A DNA stretch of 64,000 nucleotides, from IMG/VR virus record IMGVR_UViG_3300021138_000016, positions 1 through 64,000 of that record; one strand, written 5' to 3'. This stretch comes from a virus. The notes beneath the pieces were generated by a model, which was not told the origin of the DNA, did no database searches, and saw nothing but the letters and a program-made list of their open reading frames with translations. Positions 1 to 8,297 of this stretch are shown here, piece by piece. Each line of letters opens with the position of its first letter. The first letter of the stretch is position 1. A program made the position numbers and the translations under genes.

Positions 1-108
1 GCTACGATACAGAATGTTTGGGGCAATGCTACGATACAGAATGTTTGGGACAATGCTACGATACAGAATGTTTGGGACAATGCTACGATACAGAATGTTT
101 GGTACAAT
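1..108 (+). repeat. 27-bp in-frame tandem repeat, at least 4 copies
   Basis: GCTACGATACAGAATGTTTGGNNCAAT x4; only one codon varies (GGC/GAC/GAC/TAC). Confidence 0.95.
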
Positions 109-189
109 GGATTGTATAAAGATTATAGAGGCATTAAGCCCAAACTATATTTAAAGAAAAATGCTTTCGAAATAGTATTGATTGATTAA
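1..189 (+). CDS. 3' end of a repeat-containing (beta-solenoid-like) protein, truncated by window start
   Basis: Frame 1 is open from base 1: ATIQNVWGN-ATIQNVWDN-ATIQNVWDN-ATIQNVWYN-GLYKDY...VLID, TAA at 187-189. Confidence 0.7.
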   Translation, partial: ATIQNVWGNATIQNVWDNATIQNVWDNATIQNVWYNGLYKDYRGIKPKLYLKKNAFEIVLID

Positions 190-201
190 ACAAACAACTT
201 T

Positions 202-426
202 ATGACACTACAACAAAAAGAAACACGATTGAATCAGGAATTGGCAAATGAACCCGCAGCGATAATAAACGCCCGTTTCCTCTATCTTACAGACACGAAT
301 CGAAGAAACTATTGTTCCCCCACTTTATTATCTAAAAGGGTAAGTAGTGGAAAGGTAGGGAGTTTAATTAAGGTTTTAGATAGGGGGTATTTTAACCAAC
401 TTACAGAGGGATATTTTGACAATTAA
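202..426 (+). CDS. hypothetical protein
   Basis: 74-aa ORF with A-rich leader, fills the gap in a + strand operon. Confidence 0.45.
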   Translation: MTLQQKETRLNQELANEPAAIINARFLYLTDTNRRNYCSPTLLSKRVSSGKVGSLIKVLDRGYFNQLTEGYFDN

Positions 427-448
427 TCACACTAAAAAATAAATACAA

Positions 449-1549
449 ATGAAAAGTAATGAAATTTTAAAGGCTATCGGATTGCCTAAAAGCAAGTACA
501 ATAATGCACATTGCAGTAAGTTAGCAAGTGTTTACTCCCTCTTAAAAGAAGTTAAAGGGGATATTATTAGTGCTGAAATAGTAGGCAGCGAAGAACTATT
601 TTTTGGTAGAGATACTGAAAATAGTTACGATTGGAAACGAGGCAAAGAAATAAAGGTAAATAATGAAGGTCAAAGCATTAAGGCTGAAAAAATAAAAGTA
701 GTTACTTCTTATGGTGGGGTTTATTCGTTTGCTATCCCAATTGAAAATGCTTTTTATTATTCAGTTTTAGACTTGTTGGGGATTTCTTACAAAGATACTA
801 AGGTAGAAATAACAGAATTTAAGATGGGTGTGATTTTAGTTCCCGAAATTTTGGATGACATTAAAAGGGCAGCAAAGTTCGTAAGCAAGGATGACTTAAA
901 ACCACAATTAGGATGTGTTTGTTTGGATTTTAGCGGCGAATGTGTGCAAGTGGTCGCCACCGATGCACATAGGCTTTATTTGAGCCGCAAAAGGGGATAT
1001 GAAAGGAACGATAAAACCCCGTTCAAAATACTAATTAGTGCTGAATCAGTAAAAGAACTATGCAGCGTAAAGGTTGACTACGAATCCCCTATTACTATCA
1101 AAGTAGTGGACAAAGAAACGGCTTATTTCAATGATATTAAAGTAAGCCTTTACGATGGGTACCAAAAGTTCCCAGACTACAAAGCAGTAATCCCCACTTA
1201 CGATACATCTATGGTATTTGATAGAAAGGATATGATAAGCAATGTCAAAAAAGTAATGCCTTACTCTAATAAGTCCACAATGCAAGTAAACTTTCATTTG
1301 AACGGTAAAATAGAAATGATGGCAGAAGATAGGGATTTCGAGTTTGGCACTACTGCATCTTTCCCCTATGTATCAAAAGACTTTCAAGATACTGATATAG
1401 CCTTTAATGGGAAGTTCTTAGTTGAAACTTTGGGGGTATTCAAAAGCAGCGAAGTATCTATGTTACATAATGGAATCCCAACTAAGCCCGCTATTTTTAC
1501 TGATGGCAGCGAACGAGTGTTAGTTTGCCCCTTAATGATAAAGGACTAA
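449..1549 (+). CDS. dnaN: DNA polymerase III beta sliding clamp-like protein (domains II-III plus unrelated N-terminus)
   Basis: Clamp motifs VSKDDLKPQLGCV, VATDAHRL, FPDYKAVIP, FNGKFLVETL and C-terminal LVCPL. Confidence 0.85.
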   Translation: MKSNEILKAIGLPKSKYNNAHCSKLASVYSLLKEVKGDIISAEIVGSEELFFGRDTENSYDWKRGKEIKVNNEGQSIKAEKIKVVTSYGGVYSFAIPIENAFYYSVLDLLGISYKDTKVEITEFKMGVILVPEILDDIKRAAKFVSKDDLKPQLGCVCLDFSGECVQVVATDAHRLYLSRKRGYERNDKTPFKILISAESVKELCSVKVDYESPITIKVVDKETAYFNDIKVSLYDGYQKFPDYKAVIPTYDTSMVFDRKDMISNVKKVMPYSNKSTMQVNFHLNGKIEMMAEDRDFEFGTTASFPYVSKDFQDTDIAFNGKFLVETLGVFKSSEVSMLHNGIPTKPAIFTDGSERVLVCPLMIKD

Positions 1550-1577
1550 TTTTTTAAACAATTAAAATAAATAAGTT

Positions 1578-1820
1578 ATGAGTACAGAAAGTAAAAATCT
1601 TGTTAAGGTTATGGTTATAACCAATTGCCCTTGTTGTGGGAAAAGTGATAATGTAAGAAAAGATTATGACTACCCAAAAACTTTGAGATTATGCGACACT
1701 TGCGGATGCGACTTCGATACTGATAAACAAACAATTTTTAACACAAAAGAAAGTGTTTGCTGCAATAAGGAAAGCGGAAGGCAAAATATTATAGGCTACA
1801 ATTGTAGCACACTAAAGTGA
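1578..1820 (+). CDS. small Zn-ribbon protein
   Basis: CPCC...CDTC cysteine pairs. Confidence 0.6.
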   Translation: MSTESKNLVKVMVITNCPCCGKSDNVRKDYDYPKTLRLCDTCGCDFDTDKQTIFNTKESVCCNKESGRQNIIGYNCSTLK

Positions 1821-1827
1821 AGCGATT

Positions 1828-1998
1828 ATGATAAAAAAGATTTTGTCTATTTTCAAAAAGAAAAATTACAACAAAGAAGGGTACGGGAACTTTCTTATGT
1901 TAAAGATAGATTTAGATAAGGATAAGCGAAAATTTAATGCAGCGAATCCTAAGCCCGTTTACAAAATATCTAAAATTATTGACCCAAACAATCAGTAA
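1828..1998 (+). CDS. small basic hypothetical protein (56 aa, not in ORF track)
   Basis: Hand translation MIKKILSIFKKK...DPNNQ; packed within the operon. Confidence 0.55.
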   Translation: MIKKILSIFKKKNYNKEGYGNFLMLKIDLDKDKRKFNAANPKPVYKISKIIDPNNQ

Positions 1999-2031
1999 AC
2001 ATATTTAATCACTTTTAAACATTTTTAAGCA

Positions 2032-2187
2032 ATGGAAATAGGATATATTAAAGGGGATATTGTAATCCTTAGAATAGTGGGAAAGATTACAGAAGTAACT
2101 TTCTCACATTATAGCGGGAAGAAAGGCAAAGGGAACTTTTTCTTTGATTTTTTAGGAAACAAATATAATCTCAACCAAATAGCGTAA
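2032..2187 (+). CDS. small hypothetical protein (51 aa, not in ORF track)
   Basis: MEIGYIKGDIVILRIVG...NQIA; stop 3 nt before next ATG. Confidence 0.6.
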   Translation: MEIGYIKGDIVILRIVGKITEVTFSHYSGKKGKGNFFFDFLGNKYNLNQIA

Positions 2188-2190
2188 CCA

Positions 2191-2421
2191 ATGGCAATAT
2201 TATCAGTAGCAGAGTACACAAAGAATAAGAATATACGGTTATCACTTCCCTTTAAAATGGATAAAGAAGGGGGTAAATACTATCACAAGGGGGGATGGAT
2301 AGACAAGCAGCGTTTAGACGAAATTTACCCAATAGATTTGCCTTTTGCAGAGAATAGGCGTAAGGGAGAAAACCCCGAAGTAAGCAAACGTTTTATTCAT
2401 AATCAAAAAAGTTATATGTAA
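2191..2421 (+). CDS. hypothetical protein
   Basis: ORF track; TAATG coupling to next gene. Confidence 0.65.
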   Translation: MAILSVAEYTKNKNIRLSLPFKMDKEGGKYYHKGGWIDKQRLDEIYPIDLPFAENRRKGENPEVSKRFIHNQKSYM

Positions 2422-2573
2422 TGGACAAGTATAAGTTGCAATCAGCGATTAATAAAATTAACGATAATCTTCGGTTGGGGAAATGTAAAAACCCCTTTGC
2501 AGCAAAGAACAAAAAGAAGCAATTACAAAGGGAACTAAGGGCAATATTGCAACAAGAATTTGAAGCTAAATAA
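2421..2573 (+). CDS. small basic helical protein (50 aa, not in ORF track)
   Basis: MDKYKLQSAINK...EFEAK; start overlaps previous stop. Confidence 0.6.
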   Translation: MDKYKLQSAINKINDNLRLGKCKNPFAAKNKKKQLQRELRAILQQEFEAK

Positions 2574-2580
2574 ATAAATT

Positions 2581-2784
2581 ATGTACTCAATAGAAGTTCA
2601 AGAAGAACAAACAAGAAAGACTTTAATAACCTATGAAGGAACAATAACCCCACAAATAGGGGATATATACGCAGGGTCTATTTTAGGGAAAGGCTTCTCT
2701 CAAATAGTAGTAGGTAGGTTACTAATCCCCGCTTGCCCAAAAAACATTGTAGTATTTGTTAAAGATGCGTATATAAATGAGTAA
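2581..2784 (+). CDS. hypothetical protein
   Basis: ORF track; operon packing. Confidence 0.6.
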   Translation: MYSIEVQEEQTRKTLITYEGTITPQIGDIYAGSILGKGFSQIVVGRLLIPACPKNIVVFVKDAYINE

Positions 2785-2965
2785 GCAAGAAAGCCCCTTT
2801 ATAAGATGTTTTAGGCTGTATTTCATAGTAGAACGGGAACAAAACAAAGTAAGAAAAGCCCTACTGAAAAGTAAAGACAATAGTGTTGTTATCCCCCTTA
2901 CTAACCGTTACGATATTTTGCAGCGAAGAAAAGATAGACTTAACCGTATTAAACTTAAATTATGA
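2777..2965 (+). CDS. hypothetical basic protein
   Basis: ORF track; overlaps neighbours. Confidence 0.55.
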   Translation: MSKQESPFIRCFRLYFIVEREQNKVRKALLKSKDNSVVIPLTNRYDILQRRKDRLNRIKLKL

Positions 2966-3276
2966 CAATAAGTGACAAGGCATTAGCGTGGTGGGCGGCG
3001 TTAAGCCCAGAAGAAATAGAAGATTTATATACCATCAGTACTATTGGGGAAACTTTGCCAACCATAGACCCAGAAATATTCATTGAAGGTGTCGAAAATG
3101 GGATTTTAAAAGGTTACGATGCCCCCCTTGCAAAAAGAAACTACCAAGTAGCGGAATATCTATGGCAAGAACTATTAGGAGTAGTTATGATTAATGAAAG
3201 TGGCAGAACCCTAAGCAGCGAAGAAATAAAGTCTTGTAGGGATGCACTAGAAAAACAGCGACCCATTAAGCAGTAA
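2962..3276 (+). CDS. hypothetical protein
   Basis: ATGA overlap; ends just before the terminator. Confidence 0.65.
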   Translation: MTISDKALAWWAALSPEEIEDLYTISTIGETLPTIDPEIFIEGVENGILKGYDAPLAKRNYQVAEYLWQELLGVVMINESGRTLSSEEIKSCRDALEKQRPIKQ

Positions 3277-3279
3277 AAC

Positions 3280-3310
3280 AAAAGCCCTTACGATTTGTAG
3301 GGGCTTTTTT
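3280..3310. terminator. bidirectional intrinsic terminator
   Basis: AAAAGCCCTTAC-GATTT-GTAGGGGCTTTT hairpin with T/A tails, between convergent operons. Confidence 0.85.
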
Positions 3311-3500
3311 GTTGGGTTAGAATATCCCTTTGCCATTGGATAGAAACATTATAGTGAATATAACGGGCTTCTAGTTCGTCCTTTGCCTTTTTCACTTCTT
3401 CTAGGTTATGTCTCCCCGTGATAGGTACTAGAAAAACTTGCATTAAATTACCTTTCGTTTCATAGGGGATATTATTGCTTGTGTGCTTAATTACTGCCAT
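3288..3500 (-). CDS. hypothetical protein
   Basis: ORF track; last gene of the - strand operon. Confidence 0.55.
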   Translation of the reverse strand: MAVIKHTSNNIPYETKGNLMQVFLVPITGRHNLEEVKKAKDELEARYIHYNVSIQWQRDILTQQKSPYKS

Positions 3501-3536
3501 TAAATTTCGTTTTCGGTGTGAACATTATCCCAATCA

Positions 3537-4094
3537 TCATCTTGCCAAATTAGAAGGGGAGTAAGTGGTGTTTCTTGCATCTTGATTATTGTTTAGTGGG
3601 GTTATTGTAATTGGTTGTCCGAAAATCCCCGTAGGACGATATTTTTTCAGTTCTTGTCGTAGGGTGATGTTCTTGTTTATTAGTTCGTTCTTTTCTCTTT
3701 GTAGGCGTTTGTTTAATCCCTTTAATTGGGCGAAATCCCGTACTAAATCATTGTACTCTTGTTCTAGTTGTTCGTATTCTTTTTGGTCTTGAACATTTAG
3801 TTCCAAGTGGGCTTTCAGTAGTTCTATATCATTGTAAGTAACAGTATCACTTACTGCTAATTGGTCTACTACTACATCCCTAGAATGCAATACTGTCGTG
3901 TGGTCTCGTCCCCCGATAGCATCGCCCAAACTCATTAAAGAAAACCTATAATAAACCCTTCCAATATAGCAATAATACTGCCTTATCTTTACTAAGTCCC
4001 TAAACCTTCTTTTACTTTTTATACTGACATCATCAGCATTAAACAAAGTACATATTTCTTCTAGTAGTTGTTCAGGTGTTGTTATGAGTATCAA
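3537..4094 (-). CDS. DnaA domain IV (TrpR-like HTH) protein with C-terminal coiled coil
   Basis: SKRRFRDLVKIRQ...SLMSLGDAIGGRDHTTVLHS matches the DnaA C-terminal signature (GGRDHTTV); heptad-rich tail. Confidence 0.85.
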   Translation of the reverse strand: MILITTPEQLLEEICTLFNADDVSIKSKRRFRDLVKIRQYYCYIGRVYYRFSLMSLGDAIGGRDHTTVLHSRDVVVDQLAVSDTVTYNDIELLKAHLELNVQDQKEYEQLEQEYNDLVRDFAQLKGLNKRLQREKNELINKNITLRQELKKYRPTGIFGQPITITPLNNNQDARNTTYSPSNLAR

Positions 4095-4115
4095 AATCTT
4101 ATAAAATTTAGTCGG

Positions 4116-4469
4116 TTACGAAAATAAGGATTGTTGTTGAAATTCCCCTACCTTTTCTAAGACTTCTTTAGTGGGGAGTGATTGCGTTGCATTATCAAAA
4201 TTAGTCTGTAATCCGCTATCATTTGGAGTAGAAACCAAAAGGTATTGTGCATAAGTACAAGTGTTGTTAAACCTATCGTGGGCGGTCTTGGGGACTGTTG
4301 AAATATCCCAACCCCCACGCCTTAATAACAAGATGCTTTGCCCTATCCTAGTATGCCCGTAAAGCTGAATTGCTTGCCAACTCGTAATTGTTTTGTACTT
4401 CATTAAGTGGGCTACTACTTTCCCGTGCTTAGTTACCTTAGCCGATTGTGTCGGATTTTTCTTTTCCAT
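4116..4469 (-). CDS. winged HTH protein (HTH_39-like)
   Basis: VVAHLMKYKTITSWQAIQLYGHTRIGQSILLLRRGGWDIST pattern. Confidence 0.7.
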   Translation of the reverse strand: MEKKNPTQSAKVTKHGKVVAHLMKYKTITSWQAIQLYGHTRIGQSILLLRRGGWDISTVPKTAHDRFNNTCTYAQYLLVSTPNDSGLQTNFDNATQSLPTKEVLEKVGEFQQQSLFS

Positions 4470-4632
4470 TTTCTTTTATTTTAGTATCAACAAATAGTTT
4501 TACCATATCCCAATGTTCTAGGTCAATGAAACACTTCTCATCAAAAGGGGAGTTAAAGTCGTTAGTAAATATAATGTTCCCGAACCCCACTTCAACAGAA
4601 TTATGTTTATCGTATTTAAAAACTTCACTCAT
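4438..4632 (-). CDS. hypothetical protein
   Basis: ORF track; ATGA overlap. Confidence 0.55.
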   Translation of the reverse strand: MSEVFKYDKHNSVEVGFGNIIFTNDFNSPFDEKCFIDLEHWDMVKLFVDTKIKENGKEKSDTIG

Positions 4633-4841
4633 AATGTTTGTTTTTCAAGTCCCATATAATAACCAATATTACCACTACTAAAGTACTCTTTTTGTCCCTT
4701 TTTATGCCCCGTTTCATATTGATAGACGTGCATTTTCTTATTCATTTTTTTGCCATCTGGGGCTATGTCACTATCCCCCACATATATTATTTTTTGCCTA
4801 TCAAAAATAAATGAATCAGGGGGCTTAAATTTTTCTATCAT
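4629..4841 (-). CDS. hypothetical protein
   Basis: ORF track; operon packing. Confidence 0.55.
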   Translation of the reverse strand: MIEKFKPPDSFIFDRQKIIYVGDSDIAPDGKKMNKKMHVYQYETGHKKGQKEYFSSGNIGYYMGLEKQTL

Positions 4842-4974
4842 AATTCTACTTGTTTAGTTCTATAAGGTTTCTTTTTATTACCCCCGAATTTGTGACCGAG
4901 AGGGAAGGTGTGTTTCATAATTTCTTATATTTAATGGGTTTATAACTCCATATCATTTGGCATCTGTACCGCCG

Positions 4975-5472
4975 TCACGAATAAAGGACTTCTTCTAAGT
5001 AATCCCACATTACTTGAAGATAACCTTTGGTATAAAGCATTTCTTTAAAGTGAGCGTGTTCCTTTTGATATTTAGTAAACATACTACTACCCGTCATTCT
5101 GCTGTATTGACAATTAGCAATCCTATCGCATAGCTTTACAAATAGTGCATTAGGGGTTTCTTTAATGTCTTTATAAATCCAATCGGGCATTCTTTCAGCC
5201 CTATTTCTTCCCCTTGTTAAATTAGTGCAAACCCTTACTATTTCAGCCGTTTCATAAGATGTATTTTCAAGTACATCGTTATAACTTTGTCTAGTATCTT
5301 CAATAAGGTCGTGACACCAACACCCATTAATAACACTTTCTTGATTATCATTTGAAACTAAATGTATAAATTTTTCCCCATTCCTTACAACCATTCTTAG
5401 GTGAAAATCATAAGGTAAATACTTGTCGTAAAAGTGATTTGTTTCAGCGTGTGCTTTAATTGCGTAATCCAT
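4975..5472 (-). CDS. HD-domain hydrolase, Mesh1/SpoT small alarmone hydrolase-like
   Basis: AIKAH...LPYDFHLRMV...CHDLIEDT...VKLCDRIAN motifs. Confidence 0.8.
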   Translation of the reverse strand: MDYAIKAHAETNHFYDKYLPYDFHLRMVVRNGEKFIHLVSNDNQESVINGCWCHDLIEDTRQSYNDVLENTSYETAEIVRVCTNLTRGRNRAERMPDWIYKDIKETPNALFVKLCDRIANCQYSRMTGSSMFTKYQKEHAHFKEMLYTKGYLQVMWDYLEEVLYS

Positions 5473-5587
5473 AATTTTATTTTTTAAAAGTTAATAATAT
5501 CATCGTCTATGTGGTTAGCCGTCACATAGCATTTAATTGTATATGCTATCATTGCGGCAATCGTTCGTAGTAGCATGGGTTAGGGGG

Positions 5588-5983
5588 TTAGTCGTGAATG
5601 TTGTAAACGTGAATAGTATCATTTATTAACCAGTCTGCAAGTTGTGGGTCGGATAAACTTTTGAATATTAATTCGTCTCCAGATACCAAGTCTTTAATAT
5701 CACTCATACAATATCTAGCCTTAATAACAAAGCCGCCAAAAGTGCGATAAATTCTAAATTTAGTACCTTCATTATCTTTCCTAATATCATCGTCAAATAT
5801 CTTTATATCTTTACAATCGGTTATCCAACTATATTGGCAAACCATTTCGGGTACAACCTCTATCGTTTCCCTGTTTTCATAAGTCCTGATGAAGTGCATA
5901 TCATCATCTTTATTGTACTCGTAAAACCCCTCTACCCATTCTCCGTTATCTACTCGTTTTGCTTTGAAAAGTATCTGTCTCAT
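5588..5983 (-). CDS. YopX family phage protein
   Basis: MRQILFKAKRVDNGEWVEG...VCQYSWITDC...IFDDDI...YNIHD. Confidence 0.85.
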   Translation of the reverse strand: MRQILFKAKRVDNGEWVEGFYEYNKDDDMHFIRTYENRETIEVVPEMVCQYSWITDCKDIKIFDDDIRKDNEGTKFRIYRTFGGFVIKARYCMSDIKDLVSGDELIFKSLSDPQLADWLINDTIHVYNIHD

Positions 5984-5996
5984 TTTTTTTATTTAT

Positions 5997-6542
5997 TTAA
6001 TTGTTAAGTAATGAATCTACATCAACGCCACGAGCAGTTAATATATTAGACATTTGTTCAAAAATAAGTTTAGATAAACATTCGTCATAACCATTGCCTT
6101 TTAAATATCTTTTGTAAGTACCTTCGCAACATATAACACGCCTATTTGTTTTATCATATCTAGTTAATAAGTGTAAATCACAAGGTGTTACTACTTTATT
6201 AAGAACTCTTATTTTACTTATGTATTTTTCAAGTGGGGATACTCCATTAGGGTATTTAATTGGAGTATCACTCAATGTTCTGTAGCTGTAACTATTTATA
6301 GTTTTATTTTTTAAAATAAAACCCCAAGCCTTAAATTGTTGAATCCAATAAAGTTCAATATATCTAGCTTTAGAATTATCGCAAACTTCAATAGCCTCTA
6401 TTTTTACATCATCTTTTGTAATATTTATTGACTTTAATAAATTAGTGTGACCAGAAAGCCTTTCTTTTAAGGTTTTTTTTGTAGCACCTACATAAAATGT
6501 GACATCATTGCTTTTATAAGAAAGTGTATATATAGTAATCAT
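5997..6542 (-). CDS. GIY-YIG nuclease-like protein
   Basis: TIYTL...FYVGAT...RLSGH...IELYWIQQF. Confidence 0.7.
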   Translation of the reverse strand: MITIYTLSYKSNDVTFYVGATKKTLKERLSGHTNLLKSINITKDDVKIEAIEVCDNSKARYIELYWIQQFKAWGFILKNKTINSYSYRTLSDTPIKYPNGVSPLEKYISKIRVLNKVVTPCDLHLLTRYDKTNRRVICCEGTYKRYLKGNGYDECLSKLIFEQMSNILTARGVDVDSLLNN

Positions 6543-6736
6543 TACTTATCGTATTGCATATTAGGAAATACTACTTTAATCTTTTCTATTTGCCCGTCAG
6601 TTGGCGCAAGCCTACCTTTTACAATACGGGATAACTCACTTTCGTGGATACCGCATTTATTCATTAGCCACCTATTAGTCCTGCCATCCATAGCTTTAAC
6701 TAATGCCTGTTGAAATGTAATCTTTTCTTTTGCCAT
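6542..6736 (-). CDS. XRE/Cro-like HTH regulator
   Basis: NRWLMNKCGIHESELSRIVKGRLAP; first gene after a divergent promoter. Confidence 0.8.
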   Translation of the reverse strand: MAKEKITFQQALVKAMDGRTNRWLMNKCGIHESELSRIVKGRLAPTDGQIEKIKVVFPNMQYDK

Positions 6737-6758
6737 TATCTATTTGTTTGATACGCTG

Positions 6759-6790
6759 CAAATATATAGATACATATTTAATCTACCAAA
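6759..6790 (-). promoter_or_regulatory. Bacteroidota sigma-A promoter (leftward)
   Basis: -7 TATATTTG (6766-6759) and -33 TTTG (6790-6787), 20-nt spacer. Confidence 0.8.
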
Positions 6791-6821
6791 AAAATATTTT
6801 TTAGTAAATTATAAAAAAAAG

Positions 6822-6853
6822 TTTGGTGGTTAATTTATTTCCCTGTACATTTG
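6822..6853 (+). promoter_or_regulatory. Bacteroidota sigma-A promoter (rightward, small-gene operon)
   Basis: -33 TTTG (6822-6825) and -7 TACATTTG (6846-6853), 20-nt spacer. Confidence 0.8.
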
Positions 6854-6879
6854 CATTATCACACTAAAAAAGAAATACA

Positions 6880-7077
6880 ATGAGACACGAGAAAGTAATT
6901 AAAGGTACTGATGGGAGAGAATACACTATTAATGTGTGGGTACACGTTGTAAATAATAAGCCTTCATACTTAACAATATTAACTAATGATATGGGTTATG
7001 AAAGCACATATAAACCCACTCCAGCCGAAATACTAGAAGCGAAACTAGAATTGTGGAATAAAATTAAACCGTGTTAG
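6880..7077 (+). CDS. hypothetical protein
   Basis: First ORF after the promoter. Confidence 0.7.
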   Translation: MRHEKVIKGTDGREYTINVWVHVVNNKPSYLTILTNDMGYESTYKPTPAEILEAKLELWNKIKPC

Positions 7078-7080
7078 TAC

Positions 7081-7263
7081 ATGACAGCAGAATCAATCTA
7101 CACCTTCATCGCAAAGCGTGACGGGATGCCAACTAGCGAAGCATTGATGCAAATGCAATTAGACCGCTATAAAAGATTAATGAAACACCCCCGTAGTGAT
7201 AAGCATAAGACTTATTTAAGAGAGGGGATTTATAACACTAAAAAAGTATTGAAAAATGTCTAA
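7081..7263 (+). CDS. hypothetical protein
   Basis: ORF track; operon packing. Confidence 0.6.
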   Translation: MTAESIYTFIAKRDGMPTSEALMQMQLDRYKRLMKHPRSDKHKTYLREGIYNTKKVLKNV

Positions 7264-7453
7264 CATGAACCATTGTATGTTTGAAAATACATACGCCGAC
7301 TTGAAAGATAGTCTTGAAAAAATGGACAATAACCACTACGATGATTTGTCCGAAACAGAACAAAAGTATTTTAAGTTATTGGTGAAACTTTGTACTAACA
7401 TAAGCGAAGGTTATCAAGAACAAGTTACTAAACTTTTAAAACAAAAGAAATGA
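7256..7453 (+). CDS. small phage protein (MSYCRFENT-like family)
   Basis: MSNMNHCMFENTYADLKD...LSETE. Confidence 0.7.
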   Translation: MSNMNHCMFENTYADLKDSLEKMDNNHYDDLSETEQKYFKLLVKLCTNISEGYQEQVTKLLKQKK

Positions 7454-7716
7454 CAAAAGAACAAATTGAACAAGTAATACAAGACACTTTTACCCAGTTT
7501 AAGGGTAGTGATAGAGGTGCTATGGTTCTAGCTTGTAGGCAACTATTCGAAACCTACTATACCCCGCTAGAGGAAAGCCATAGGGAGTTGGTGAAAGAAC
7601 TTGAACACCTGCTAAATGAATACAGATTGAAAATAAACGTAGGTAATGAATCACTTATCAAGTCTGCATTAACCGCATTATCTAACGCTAAAAATTTAAT
7701 AAATGAACAACGGTGA
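7450..7716 (+). CDS. hypothetical protein
   Basis: ORF track; ATGA overlap. Confidence 0.65.
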   Translation: MTKEQIEQVIQDTFTQFKGSDRGAMVLACRQLFETYYTPLEESHRELVKELEHLLNEYRLKINVGNESLIKSALTALSNAKNLINEQR

Positions 7717-7903
7717 TAAAGTAGAAATATTACAAGGACAATTTAAAGGTGTTATCGGGAAGATAATTAATGATGATATGTTTATATGTTCTTGTTGTGG
7801 ACAGAAACCTTTATCAGCGCAAATAGAAATAAATTCAGAAACTCAAATATTCGTATGGAATAGATATTTGGATATTAAAAAATTAATCAATGAAACAGAA
7901 TAA
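7703..7903 (+). CDS. KOW/SH3-like small protein
   Basis: GDKVEILQGQFKGVIGKI. Confidence 0.6.
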   Translation: MNNGDKVEILQGQFKGVIGKIINDDMFICSCCGQKPLSAQIEINSETQIFVWNRYLDIKKLINETE

Positions 7904-8297
7904 AGAAACCCCCACAATCGCTGAAATGAGCGAAGTAGTGGCAAAGTATATGGGATTAGAATATATTTCGTCAAAAGATTCAATAGATAGTTGGGGATGG
8001 TGGAAAAAAGGGAAATTCAAAGAGGGTACTGCTAACATCAGTCATGACTTTATATGTATTTCTACACATCAACTAGACTATCTCAATTGGAACAGGCTTC
8101 ACGAAGTTTGGGAGAAGGTGAGTGAATTTAATGTAGACTATTTGTCAGATTGTTGGGATTGGTCAGACAAAAAAAGTGCTATTGAAAAAAGTGCTATATG
8201 CCACAATAAACTCGAAACCCTCACAGCCTTATACAGAGCAATAATATTTATTAATCAATTAAAAAAAAACAAGTTATGCAAACAGAATACAATTTAG
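7890..8297 (+). CDS. hypothetical phage protein
   Basis: ORF track; VAKYMG...WNRLHEVWEKV pattern common in Bacteroidota phages. Confidence 0.65.
   Translation: MKQNKETPTIAEMSEVVAKYMGLEYISSKDSIDSWGWWKKGKFKEGTANISHDFICISTHQLDYLNWNRLHEVWEKVSEFNVDYLSDCWDWSDKKSAIEKSAICHNKLETLTALYRAIIFINQLKKNKLCKQNTI

Noticed and set aside
1-108. CRISPR array or DGR variable repeat
   Set aside because: No spacers, the repeat is in-frame coding, and no reverse transcriptase or template repeat was seen in the window
6542-6880. Lysogeny (CI/Cro) switch
   Set aside because: Only one small HTH; no CI-like peptidase repressor, integrase or att site in the window, so lifestyle is undetermined
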